A DNA stretch of 63,072 bases, filler included, from Stramenopiles sp. TOSAG23-3 (GCA_900128585.1; 12 parts of 12 records of this genome joined end to end with filler, not necessarily neighbours in it); one strand, 5' to 3'. Positions 31,536 to 42,209 are shown, counted from the whole stretch's first letter. Numbers and translations: made by a program. The notes: generated by a model from the sequence alone, not told the origin.

Positions 31536-31826
31536 NNNNNNNNNNNNNNNNNNNNNNNNNNNNNNNNNNNNNNNNNNNNTTAATTAATTAANNNNNNNNN
31601 NNNNNNNNNNNNNNNNNNNNNNNNNNNNNNNNNNNTTTTTTTGGGGGGGGGGGATTTTTGTTGGTAAAAAGGAAAACAAGCATTGATAATTGTGATGATA
31701 AATAGAAATGGAATAGTGTTTAGAATAAAGAAAAAGAATACACATCGAAAAGTTTTCAATTTGAATTGAACAAGAGTAAGTTTTTGTAGTTTGATCTTGG
31801 GTCGATAGGATACGTTGGCTATAATA

Positions 31827-34103
31827 ATGTCTGCTTCAGAGACCAACAATGCCTCTGGTGAAGAGGGGGAACCTGCGGCCCCTAAAATAACAAAACTTAT
31901 TGCGCCGAAGTTAGCCGCGTGCATAATTGAATCAGTTCACGGCGTTGAAGTGGATAAAAATGGTCGGTATGAAGGGAATGGAAAGGCGATTTTCCGTGAG
32001 GGAAACGTGTACCAGGGGGACTGGCTGAGCGGGCTGATGCACGGCAAGGGAGAGTATAAGTGGAAGGACGGAAGTCAATACGTTGGTGACTTTAAAGAAA
32101 ACGAGATTACCGGCAAGGGGAGCTTTCAGTGGTCGAATGGTAGCTCGTATGAAGGAGAATTTGTGCGTGGAATACGCCACGGTACGGGGGAAATGATCCT
32201 TGCTACCAGGCAAGCGTACGAGGGAGGCTGGCAAAATGGCAAACGCCACGGAGAAGGAACACTGTACTACGACGGTGAGCAGAAGACTAGCTACTACCGC
32301 GGCGGGTGGCACGCGGGGAAGCGGTGTGGGCGTGGAAACATAGTATATGCGACGGGAAACTCTTACGATGGGGAGTGGAAAGACGACAAGAAGCATGGAA
32401 TGGGTAAAATGCTGTGGGGAACGTCAAATGAGGCGTATAATGGTGAATGGGCGGACGATAAGCCCCATGGCCAAGGGGAGCACGTGTGGCTGGGCGAGCG
32501 TACAAAATTTGCTGGGACAGAGCGACAGATGTGCAACAGGTACGTTGGCAACTTCGTAGCCGGCAAACGCGAGGGTCAAGGGTCATTCTATTTTTCCAAT
32601 GGCTCTCGCTACACTGGCGAGTTTAAAAACAACCAAAAGCACGGTCACGGAGTGTACACGTTTCCAGACGGCCGGGTCTACGAAGGCCCGTTTGTGGAGG
32701 ATCGCATGGCGTACACTGACGTCGCGTTGGAAGAGAAAAGTCCAACGAAAGGTCCGATCAAGTCCCCTCAGAAAAGTAAAGGGAAAAAGAGCAACTCTGT
32801 CTTGGCGGGTACTTCTAGAAACGTTCAATTGAATGTGTCTGACCTAATGCCAAACCTTGCTCCGCTGGAGCTGCTGAAAGAAAGGCGTTCGATCGACAAT
32901 GTCGTCATGCGCTGGAACACTGACCTGAAGCGAATCTACAACGACTACTCCACCAAAGTTGTTGGGCCGAACGCTGCTTCGGCACCCAACACTTTTACGA
33001 TGAGCCTTGCCCAATTTTGGCGCTTTTCCCGTGACTGTGATTTAATCTCACGCCCTTTGCCACTGACCGTCATCGATCGCTGCTTTCATGAGACCAGGGT
33101 CCAGCTAGCAAGCGCCGTCGTCATGGCGAGGCGCAGGCGTGAAGCTGCCGAACGAGGAGTTCCAGAAGACCAAGTGCCAACAACATCTGATTCATTGTAT
33201 TTAGAAGACGAAAGCAACATCCATGCCCCAGAGCACCCTATTTTATTCCGAGAGTTTGTCGAAGTACTGGCTCGTATTGCACATCGTATTTATGACAACG
33301 TGAAGCCATTGCTCTCTGAAAAATTGCAGCTGCTGCTAAGTACGAAAGTTGGGCGAGAGCGCACTCCGGCCACGGAGGAAATTACGCGCGACGATATTAA
33401 CGGAGACTTGGTAAGACCGAACAAAAAGATGACATCATTCTTGCGGAAACATGATGCTTATCTAAAGGACCTGTTTGATAAATACTGCCACGATGGAATT
33501 GAGATAGGAAAGGCTGATCGATCTATGTATGTGCGAGATTTTGCGAAAATGTTGCAACACTGTGGTATTGTGTACACCCAAGACATATCAAAATCAAGAG
33601 TCGACGCCACCGAGGAAGAAATTGGCAGGCGCCAAACGATTTCCATGACGACTGCCACTCAGGAATACTTGAAAAGCCGATACGCGACACCGGACCTGTC
33701 GTCCAGGAATGACCCAGAGACGGAAAACATGATTATAGGAAGTGGCGAATCAGTCGATATAGTGTATGAGTTTGACGAAGAAGATGACGAGTCGAACTTC
33801 GATTACGAGTTACTGTACTCAGAATTTTTGGAAAGTTTGTCCCGCGTAGGTTTTAAGTGGCACGAAGCTCGCTTGGTCGAGCAGGCCAGGCTGGAAAAGG
33901 AAGACGAAGAGAAAAATGCCGCTGAAGCAGGGGAGGAACAACAGGAGGACGGAGAAAAAGACGCGGAAGCAGAAAGCAAAGAAGTGGAGGCTGCAAAGCC
34001 TAGTGAAAAGCCCAAATTGCCGGCAGTCAGCCGCTTGTCTACTTTGGGGTCTTTGCGACGAATACTGGAGGACGGCATCATGCCAAAACTAACAATGGCA
34101 TAA
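31827..34103 (+). CDS. RSPH10B: Radial spoke head 10 homolog B-like MORN-repeat protein
   Basis: About 10 MORN repeats (YxGxWxxGxxHGxG), followed by NTFTMSLAQFWRFSRDC and HAPEHPILFREFVEVLARIAH. Confidence 0.85.
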   Translation: MSASETNNASGEEGEPAAPKITKLIAPKLAACIIESVHGVEVDKNGRYEGNGKAIFREGNVYQGDWLSGLMHGKGEYKWKDGSQYVGDFKENEITGKGSFQWSNGSSYEGEFVRGIRHGTGEMILATRQAYEGGWQNGKRHGEGTLYYDGEQKTSYYRGGWHAGKRCGRGNIVYATGNSYDGEWKDDKKHGMGKMLWGTSNEAYNGEWADDKPHGQGEHVWLGERTKFAGTERQMCNRYVGNFVAGKREGQGSFYFSNGSRYTGEFKNNQKHGHGVYTFPDGRVYEGPFVEDRMAYTDVALEEKSPTKGPIKSPQKSKGKKSNSVLAGTSRNVQLNVSDLMPNLAPLELLKERRSIDNVVMRWNTDLKRIYNDYSTKVVGPNAASAPNTFTMSLAQFWRFSRDCDLISRPLPLTVIDRCFHETRVQLASAVVMARRRREAAERGVPEDQVPTTSDSLYLEDESNIHAPEHPILFREFVEVLARIAHRIYDNVKPLLSEKLQLLLSTKVGRERTPATEEITRDDINGDLVRPNKKMTSFLRKHDAYLKDLFDKYCHDGIEIGKADRSMYVRDFAKMLQHCGIVYTQDISKSRVDATEEEIGRRQTISMTTATQEYLKSRYATPDLSSRNDPETENMIIGSGESVDIVYEFDEEDDESNFDYELLYSEFLESLSRVGFKWHEARLVEQARLEKEDEEKNAAEAGEEQQEDGEKDAEAESKEVEAAKPSEKPKLPAVSRLSTLGSLRRILEDGIMPKLTMA

Positions 34104-34140
34104 ACATTTCCTCTTTTAAAAAATTACGCGTATGATAATT

Positions 34141-34301
34141 AAAAACAAGAAAATTGGCTGTTATTTAAAACAAGAAAATTGGCTGTTGTTATTTAAAAAC
34201 AAAAAAATGGCTGTTATTTTAGAGTAATTAAAATTTAGCTTCCTCATTTACCAGTACATTAATTTTAATTTACTTCAATAAAAACCAGAAAATTGGCTGT
34301 T
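34141..34301 (+). repeat. Four copies of the AAAACAAGAAAATTGGCTGTT motif plus a TAATTAAAATTTAGCTTCCTCA module
   Basis: Copies at 34141, 34167, 34195 and 34280. The second module at 34225-34246 is identical to 38852-38873. Confidence 0.92.
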
Positions 34302-34561
34302 ATATAATAACAGGGGGAGCCAATTGTTTGTTATTTTTGGGAATCTTCTTTCAATCTACTACTGCTGCTCGTCTGGTGGAAACCCTTCGTAAGCATCCTC
34401 TCTCCCTGAATTTACAATACCCATCACTTTCTACATTCGACCCATATCGTTTTCGTTTTCTCCCGTTAGTCTTTCGTACGCTTCGATCAAATCCTGCGCC
34501 GGTGTAATATTTAAACAAAATCGAAAGAATTTTCAAAAATGTTTAAGCATTTTTAAAACTG

Positions 34562-36253
34562 TCACAGGTACGCCTGCTTGATAACTCTGCCTTCAGAGTG
34601 CGCTAGGGTCCTTATCCTTCGATAGTGATTTGCGGCCGATATTGCTGCAGCGATCGTAGCGACACCAAATTTTCCCATCTTACCACTTTCTACCAAGTCC
34701 GACTCTCGTGGTATATCACTATCACCGCCCTGCCTTCCACTCCTCCTTTGTACGTATTTTTGAGACCTTGACTTTCTTAACTTCATCATAACTACAGAAG
34801 CGCTGTCGCCAATATCACTGTCGAGATACGAACCCCGTCGCCTCAAACGCCCAGCAGATTTTGGACGATTTAATTTCATCATTGCCACGGATGCACTGTC
34901 ACCAAGATCACTTTCTGCATCGCAATCGTTTCTAGCACTACCAGGACGAGACAAATTCTGCTCGGGCCGATCCTTAGGTATTCTATTTGCTCTGTGGCTT
35001 ACTGAATGTTTGCTTGATGCAACGCTGGCGTTGCTGGTGCTCCTGCTTGCTATAATTTCTCCAGGTTGTGACATCTTGATCGTACCCATGTTGCGCCTGC
35101 GGATGGATGAAGAACATGCTGATTTGGGTCTCCTTTTCTTCTTACTCCTACTGCTAGTGCTTACATTGGATCGAACAACAGAACGTGCCGACTGCGGTTG
35201 GGGCGCAACCTCACTTTCAGCTCTATCTTTGGTCCCATCCTCTCGCGCTTGCAAGGGTATCGATTTGATGCTCCTCTCCGTATACTGCGTCGATTTACTC
35301 AAGCAGCTTCTCAAAGACGATGCCGTTCCCCACGACGACGTGCTCAATAAAGATGCCAAATCGTCAGCGGAAGCGTTGTCACGCTTGGTTTTACTTTTAG
35401 CTTGGTTCAAAAACGTCGACGAGGACTGCGCGTTACTAAAATTGCTTTTGACTTTCTTCTCCTCCTCTTTGTTAGAAAACAGCCTTCCCAAATCAATGCA
35501 CTTAAACATGTCTGCAAACTTGAGTGTGCCTTTGCAATCTCCTTTGTGAATCTCAAGATCAAAGAGGCGAAAAAGTGCGTCGCATTCGGCATCAGTTGCT
35601 GGCAACCTAAACTTTCGCTGAATGATAGGCCGCAGGGTTTCTTGTGAGACTGTCAGACCCGAATTGTTGTTTCGACCCGTTTGCATCGAATAGTACTTCA
35701 AAGCCACAGGAAAGCCGCCGCCTCGAAGGATCAATGTTTCGCGCATTCGATTGTAAATCTTCCTGACTCCCCATTTATGTTTTATTTTGTAGTTCATCAC
35801 TCTCCTTGACCGGTCAACATTTGCATGCCCAAAAATTGTGCCAGAGCGATCCAGAACGGACCGGCTACTGGGGAGCCGGTAGTCCTCTGGCATCAACTTT
35901 GACATTAGTGTATGAAACGAGATGCGGCCTTTGTTTTCCTTATCGTAACGTTTCCACAACGCGCGCGTCTGGTTCACCGACACGGGCACGAGCAATCGAC
36001 CGATTACGGCATCGCGAAATTCTTTCCAGTGTATACCATCTCGTGCGCTTGCCCCAAAGATTGCAATGGCTTGCCTGCATTGGTCTTCCCTTTTGGTACA
36101 GCGAGAGTTCAGTTTTTCTTGAATCAAGCGCTCGACTTCAATGGTTGACCACTTTTTCCAGGACCTCTGAGGCCTCCGAAGAACAAAGCGGTACTTATCC
36201 CTCCGCTTCTGAAGGCGCTCGAGTTTCAGCGGATCGATCTGCTTGCTGTTCAT
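34562..36253 (-). CDS. Degenerate EF-hand protein with a Ser/Arg-rich disordered tail
   Basis: EF-hand-like loops LWKRYDKENKGRISF and LFRLFDLE...GTLKFADM. RPKSA/RPGSA motifs in the tail. Probable start ATG 36253; the ORF is open from 36400. Confidence 0.7.
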   Translation of the reverse strand: MNSKQIDPLKLERLQKRRDKYRFVLRRPQRSWKKWSTIEVERLIQEKLNSRCTKREDQCRQAIAIFGASARDGIHWKEFRDAVIGRLLVPVSVNQTRALWKRYDKENKGRISFHTLMSKLMPEDYRLPSSRSVLDRSGTIFGHANVDRSRRVMNYKIKHKWGVRKIYNRMRETLILRGGGFPVALKYYSMQTGRNNNSGLTVSQETLRPIIQRKFRLPATDAECDALFRLFDLEIHKGDCKGTLKFADMFKCIDLGRLFSNKEEEKKVKSNFSNAQSSSTFLNQAKSKTKRDNASADDLASLLSTSSWGTASSLRSCLSKSTQYTERSIKSIPLQAREDGTKDRAESEVAPQPQSARSVVRSNVSTSSRSKKKRRPKSACSSSIRRRNMGTIKMSQPGEIIASRSTSNASVASSKHSVSHRANRIPKDRPEQNLSRPGSARNDCDAESDLGDSASVAMMKLNRPKSAGRLRRRGSYLDSDIGDSASVVMMKLRKSRSQKYVQRRSGRQGGDSDIPRESDLVESGKMGKFGVATIAAAISAANHYRRIRTLAHSEGRVIKQAYL

Positions 36254-37116
36254 GCCTGTATATGAATTAAAATGCGTGAACGTTCCTTGGTGTTTATCAC
36301 AGGCAAACCAATAAATAAAAACAAACGAACGATCGTTCAATACATACAATAAATGGTGACTATTTTTTGAGTTATTCTGTCGTGTGGGTTGTTCGTACAT
36401 GAAAGGAAGGGTGAATTAAATGAATTTAGATTTTGTATATTGCTTCTTATATATTTTACCCGCCTTCTTCGTTTATCTTCTTCCCTCTCCGGTGTATTAT
36501 ATTATGTATTAAAATTATATGTAATATATTTATTCCTCACCTCTCCTCCTCCTATTTCCATATCGAGAGAAGAGAGGCTATTATAAGATATAAGACTAAT
36601 ATTTTCCACTATTATGACGACGACGTATCTTGGTTTATTTATTGCATCACAACGGTTATATTGTAATATCACGAAATAGATCTCTCTTAAAATAATTGAA
36701 TTTAATATTAAATACGAGGCCATAATAATATGCAAAAAAAGAAAGAAGAAAGAAGAAAGAAGAAAGAAGAAAGAAGAAAGAAGAAAGAAGAAAGAAGANN
36801 NNNNNNNNNNNNNNNNNNNNNNNNNNNNNNNNNNNNNNNNNNTTAATTAATTAANNNNNNNNNNNNNNNNNNNNNNNNNNNNNNNNNNNNNNNNNNNNAT
36901 ATATTATTATAGCCATCCACACCATTAGTCTAAGCAAGTCATCGTCAACTCAACTCTTTCTCATATGTGTGTGCGTGAGTGACCGTAACCCGATTTCAAT
37001 TTAAAAACAAAATAGTAAGCCTCTTCCTCGAGTGAGAGAACGAACGTACAAAGAATATTTAGGAGAGTGAAGAACCACCAAAACCATAGGCATATTAGCA
37101 ACGGAACCTAGGAAGG

Positions 37117-38277
37117 ATGGAAGTTCAGATGGGCACGGCAAACCCTTTGGGGAAAACTAAACGGGAATTTGTTCCCGTCCAGACCCGCTCGTTCGACTCT
37201 GCACTACAGCTAGTGATACATACGGCGTTGATACAGTCGGAGGGGGAGGCAGAGTTTGCACGGGCGAGCGAAGTCGGCAACGAGTCGGTCGTCGGTCGCT
37301 CTGGTATGATCGGCACCGGAAACACCGAGAGCACCATGGAGAAGATCCATAAAATATTCGCCAAGAACGAAAAGTTCGTGGACCTTCTGGACGTGTACGA
37401 CGAAGATGACTTCACCGTGTACGAAGTAGAAGGCCTGTACTTGGACCTCCTGCTGATCAAGCGGAGCATTACGGAGGTGTTGCCCGCGGCGGTGAAGAAG
37501 GCAATCGAGTCCAGGAAACAGATACAGAAGAAGCGCATTGGGTGGATGGCCGCGCCGATCCCGCCGGCGTACTTGATCAGCCACCCCATACACTCCAGAA
37601 CGAAGGAAACGGAGAAGAATTTCGCGAAAGCCTCCGAGCAGCTCTCCAAGAAGCGGTTCTCGACATTCGACCAGCGGCAGGAGCATCCCTTGAAGACTTA
37701 CATTTTCAAACGGATAGTGGAATCTGGCATCAGCGGGAGCATTTGCGACCCTTATAGTAAAATGAAGATTTTGTACACCGTGTTAGACTCCGAAATGGAT
37801 CTGGAAGCCGACAAGGAACCGGAGGACGAGACGTGCGTCCTGCTTCATGGCCACCCAGACCGCCGGGCAAAGGAACGGAAGGGTGCCTTTGAGGGCTTCA
37901 AGTTCGACCATTTCCGGTTACGGTCGTGCGATTCGATCGAATTGGAGCAGGGGCTCCTGACGATGGAGCTGGGGGAACGAGCCATTTTTAAATGTGTCAT
38001 CGACGAGAACGACAACGATTTCGTGTTAATTGACGTTCGCTTCTCCGAAATGATGTACCGAAAATCGAAATGCTGCTGCTTCGGTTTTATTGAAACGGGC
38101 GAGATGTTTGTGAAAGGGGAAGATAGGATGAAGCGCGACGTTATGCAGACCCTGTGCTGCGGCAAGAACCAATCGTACAAGTCGTGCGGGTGCCTCATCC
38201 GGTTCATCGGCTGCTTCGTAGGAACCATTCTGTTGATACCGGTCCTGCTGTGTGCAGTGTTAGGGAACATGGACTGA
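37117..38277 (+). CDS. Hypothetical protein with a degenerate FKBP-like segment and a Cys-rich hydrophobic C-terminus
   Basis: LEQGLLTMELGERAIFKC and VLIDVRF resemble FKBP strands. KCCCFG, LCCG and a terminal TM helix follow. Confidence 0.6.
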   Translation: MEVQMGTANPLGKTKREFVPVQTRSFDSALQLVIHTALIQSEGEAEFARASEVGNESVVGRSGMIGTGNTESTMEKIHKIFAKNEKFVDLLDVYDEDDFTVYEVEGLYLDLLLIKRSITEVLPAAVKKAIESRKQIQKKRIGWMAAPIPPAYLISHPIHSRTKETEKNFAKASEQLSKKRFSTFDQRQEHPLKTYIFKRIVESGISGSICDPYSKMKILYTVLDSEMDLEADKEPEDETCVLLHGHPDRRAKERKGAFEGFKFDHFRLRSCDSIELEQGLLTMELGERAIFKCVIDENDNDFVLIDVRFSEMMYRKSKCCCFGFIETGEMFVKGEDRMKRDVMQTLCCGKNQSYKSCGCLIRFIGCFVGTILLIPVLLCAVLGNMD

Positions 38278-38431
38278 CGAAGGGCCGTCCAGGTTGCGTG
38301 GGGCTGAAACGGCGCGTTCCTAGTAAATGAATGTGGGGGCCGTGTGATCCCCGGTATGTTTTTAGTGTGGGGGGGGGGGGAATGGGTTGCTTTTAATTTT
38401 CCCCGAGTTAGATGGGGGAAATTAAATTGAA

Positions 38432-38873
38432 TAAGAACACAAAATAATGGCCTGTTATTTTTTTATGGGAGTAAGCTGAAGAGGGGTGTACGCATTTAAA
38501 ATTTAAATTTAAAGCAAACAAAAAATTGGCTGTGTTATTAAAAACAAGAAAATTGGCTGTTATTAAAAACAAAAAATTGGCTGTTATTTCTTAGTGTACT
38601 ATATATTTTGGTTAAAACATACTATATAATTTGTTTTTTTTCTATAAAAAAACACTAATTATATAGTATGTTTTAAGACTCTCAAGATTATCTCAATTGT
38701 AAGGTCAATTCGTAAGGTCAATTTTTTTTCTATATATTTTGGTTTTTCTTAGTGTAATTTTAAAAAAAAAACAATATATTGTATATTTAGTGTATGCTTG
38801 TTTTATACTATATAATTTGTTTTTTAGTGTATGCTTTAAAACTCTTAGTGTTAATTAAAATTTAGCTTCCTCA
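38432..38873. repeat. Composite AT-rich dispersed element: three or four GAAAATTGGCTGTT motifs, a 65-bp hairpin and shared modules
   Basis: Motifs at about 38516, 38540 and 38565. Inverted repeat 38612-38676. Segment 38646-38701 is the near-exact reverse complement of 8451-8505. Module 38852-38873 equals 34225-34246. Confidence 0.88.
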
Positions 38874-38961
38874 CATATATCGCGAAAACGAATCTACTCA
38901 ACTCTTTTATCCTTCAATCTTCAGCAGAAATAAATTAGCGGATGAAGTGCAATGTTTTCGT

Positions 38962-40048
38962 TTATAGTGCCTTAGGCATTTGAAAGTCCTGGGGCCTGCC
39001 GTTGACAATTTTGTAGTTTCCGTGGTCATGTGTGAAGGATACGCCATAATTAGCCTGAACATAGGCAGCATCGCACTTGTACAGCTGAGGGTAAAGCAAG
39101 ATGCAGTTTTCGATTTATTGTTGTTAGCGAGTCTGTCGTGGAGAAGGAAAGACTGGGCATCAGTGGGGGGTAGGGGTACTTACTTCTTCGAGAGAGATTG
39201 ACCCGCTAGCGTCAACGTCGTACAGCCGTGCGGCGTGCTGAAGCTTTTCTGGCAAGGAGCTAACAAGGACGTGGTCCTTTAAAGCCCCAGGCTCAACACT
39301 TTCATGCACAATGGTATTGATCCCGGCCGCCTTGAGCTCGTTTATAATTTGGTGGGAATGCAACCATTGGACGCCTGTGTATTGCCCCACATCGTGCTGA
39401 CGCTTCAGTATTTCTAGGCAGACATCGGATCCTTCGACTTTGGGGTAACTGAGCCAATGCGCATGGTCTTCGCTGTGGGCCCCAATCTTGGCGTCCCGCT
39501 TGGTCTCCTCAGTCCCCCAAGTTATGAGCGTGGCGACGCACCTGGCGTTGCCGTTATGGGTGTTGAAAACGATCGGCGTCATCCCTTTCGTTAATTCCCT
39601 TTGTTCTATGCCATTGTGTCCACTGAGCAGAAGCAATGCAACGACCCTGCCGTCGCTTGCTACATGAAGGCCGTTCTGTCCAGTTCTGCGGTAGGGGAAG
39701 AGGGAGAGTAAAGGCGGGAGCGTTAGCTAGAGTGTGGAAAGCATGAGGGCGACGGGCATCGGTTACTTACTGTGGGTGGCTCCAGCTAACGTATTTGATG
39801 AACTCTTCGTCTGAGGAACAGTACTTTCGCAAGAGCTTCAAGATCACCATCGTCTCCTTGTACCCCCTTTTGCACGCCTCCCAAAGCATGGTCGTATGGT
39901 GGTCCGGATCGGGATCAATGATAATCCTGGGGTTCAGCTGAATGCAGCGATCCGCTGCCCGATCGAGGTCGGACGTACCGCCATGAGCGCCGGCCATCAT
40001 TACACTATGATGAAGCCCTCGGCTTGCTGCTGACGATCCTGCTCCCAT
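38962..40048 (-). CDS. Three-exon gene (40048-39771, 39685-39184, 39084-38962): N-myristoylation-like start, ankyrin repeats, EF-hand
   Basis: Starts MGAGSS. Ankyrin-like TMLWEACKRG and, after splicing, HPQTGQNGLHVA. Splicing completes a canonical EF-hand YDVDASGSISLEE|L. The last exon reads LYKCDAAY...MPKAL*. Confidence 0.85.
39085..39183 (-). other. Spliceosomal intron, 99 nt, phase 0
   Basis: GTAAGTACCC...GCTAAC...CCTCAG on the minus strand. It contains in-frame stops, and its removal completes the EF-hand. Confidence 0.85.
39686..39770 (-). other. Spliceosomal intron, 85 nt, phase 2
   Basis: GTAAGTAACC...GCTAAC...CCGCAG on the minus strand; removal joins two ORFs in frame. Confidence 0.9.
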
Positions 40049-40737
40049 CCGATTGAATTGAGTGTATTGGGAAAGAAAAAAATTGTTATGTAGCTTGTAT
40101 ATGGTTCTTAATTCGGATGGCAGTGAAAAATGTGGTTGTAGTAAAAAATACAACTTCTTTGGGTTGTTTATTTGATTGATTTCATTTGAGATCTGTAATC
40201 ATCAAATGTTTGGCAAACTTTTAAATTTATTATTATTATTTTTATTTTTTTTTTTTGATGGTGATGAATGAGAGATACAATGATGCTGTGTTAATGTTAG
40301 TCGTCTAATAACTTATTAATAAAAAAATTGAATTTTTTTTATTATATTTTTTTTATGAAACGGTATCTTCTTAATAGGTATTAATACCAAGTGATGTGAG
40401 CTGAGAAGCTGAGAATGATGTATGTTGAATGAAATATATAATAAAAAACATGATGTTAAAAATAGGAATCGTTACATAATTAAAATAGAATACAATTTAA
40501 AATATAAAACCAAAATATATAGTATGAAATATATACTTAAATATAACAGCCTATTGTATTTAAAGACTATGATGTACATACTGTAGAAAGAGATATAGTA
40601 AGGGCAGTAGGGCGAGAAGAGTTGATGAGAGTCTTTTTTTTTATTATACGACTACAAAAGTATTAATATGATATTTGGGGGGGGGGGGTGTATTTTGTAA
40701 AAAATAAAACAAAGTACTTGGTCGTACTATGCGAGAT

Positions 40738-41697
40738 CTATTCTTCGTCTTTTGATGTCTCAATCGTTTCCGTTTCGGTGGGGGGTGCCTTTTCTGCTTC
40801 CGTCGCCGCGGGAGGGGGGGGGGATGGCCCCAGTGCTGCTGCCGGTTGATGTTGTTGCTCCTCCGAATGCTTGTGCAAAAGTTCGGAGATCGCCTTTGCC
40901 TCCGTGTCCTTTTCGGACGCGTTCCCCCAAGAGGGGTGCTTCCAGATTACTTTTTTTAATCCTATGTGTCTCTCCGAGTATGCCGTCTCAGCCCTGACGT
41001 CCCGGTAGTCAAGCTCGCTCTGTGTGATTGCTTTTCGGGAAGCAAAAATCTGGTCGGCAGTCTCCTTGGCAGAAACATTGTGGCGGTTCTTGGCCTCGCA
41101 ATCGGCCCCGTGGTCCAGTAGAATGCGCACCATTTGGGAATGAGAATATGTACATGCAACGTGAAGCAAGGTGTCCCCGGAATGGGGAAGGTTGTAGTTT
41201 ACGTCGATAATTTTCCCTAGCTTCAAGAGGATCCTGACGACGGGGGCGTTGTTGCTAACGACGGCGCACTCTAGCACGGAGTGGAGAACGGCGCGGCTCC
41301 ACTTCGTTCGGTGGCCGCTGAAAAATAACAAAAACGTATCCCCGCCCATCTGTGTCTGCATTGCAGCCAGGTGCACTAAACGCGTAAAGTCTACCGTGTT
41401 CTTAATGGTCTGGGCGTTCTCCTTAAACAACTCCATCAGCACCTCGTCCCTGTTCACAACCATAATTTCTAGCATAAACAGCACCGATTCTGCGTCCCCA
41501 CGCGCCCTGGCACCGGCAAAGTCGCCCGCGGTCGGGTACCTGTTGTGCTCGTACAGTACCGCCGTCTCCATCACTATTTCTGCGTACTGCGTTGGCCACG
41601 GGTTAAGCCCAATCTCTGCCTCAGTACTGTAATAACTACCCGTGGGCAATGCCGGAGAGAACTCCGGCTTTCTCCCACCAGCACACATTTGTCCCAT
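40738..41697 (-). CDS. Ankyrin-repeat protein with an MG(Q)MC lipidation-like N-terminus
   Basis: GDTLLHVACTYSHSQMVRILLDHGADCEAKN and VLECAVVSNNAPVVRILL. ATG at 41697. Confidence 0.85.
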   Translation of the reverse strand: MGQMCAGGRKPEFSPALPTGSYYSTEAEIGLNPWPTQYAEIVMETAVLYEHNRYPTAGDFAGARARGDAESVLFMLEIMVVNRDEVLMELFKENAQTIKNTVDFTRLVHLAAMQTQMGGDTFLLFFSGHRTKWSRAVLHSVLECAVVSNNAPVVRILLKLGKIIDVNYNLPHSGDTLLHVACTYSHSQMVRILLDHGADCEAKNRHNVSAKETADQIFASRKAITQSELDYRDVRAETAYSERHIGLKKVIWKHPSWGNASEKDTEAKAISELLHKHSEEQQHQPAAALGPSPPPPAATEAEKAPPTETETIETSKDEE

Positions 41698-42209
41698 CTT
41701 TCCCAAAATAACCCCCTATAAATCCACGGACGCTGCGACACACACACACACACACACACAGCAACACTGAACTGTTTTCGTATTCACAAATCCAAACAAG
41801 ACAGAGATATCAAACCATGCACTTCTATGCAAACAAACTAAATTATCAACAACAGCAGCAGGGGGGTAAGAAAAGGAATGGATTCACAAGCATATCTTGA
41901 ATGAACATATAGATTACACTAATTATTATAATGAAAGAAGAAAAAAAGAGGAACAGAACAATTTATTGCCTTGGTGCATATTAGCTATATTGTGATCGAA
42001 GTGTCGAACCGTCGTCGTTTGAACTCACTACTAACTCTTTTTCTTCATCAATCACAGNNNNNNNNNNNNNNNNNNNNNNNNNNNNNNNNNNNNNNNNNNN
42101 NTTAATTAATTAANNNNNNNNNNNNNNNNNNNNNNNNNNNNNNNNNNNNNNNNNNNNTAAAAATAAATAAATAATAGTTCAACCAAATTACAGAAAGAAA
42201 AACCAATAA

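Noticed and set aside
34141..34301. CRISPR-like array from repeated AAAACAAGAAAATTGGCTGTT
   Set aside because: Spacers are mostly 3-8 nt and irregular, there are no cas genes, and the context is eukaryotic.
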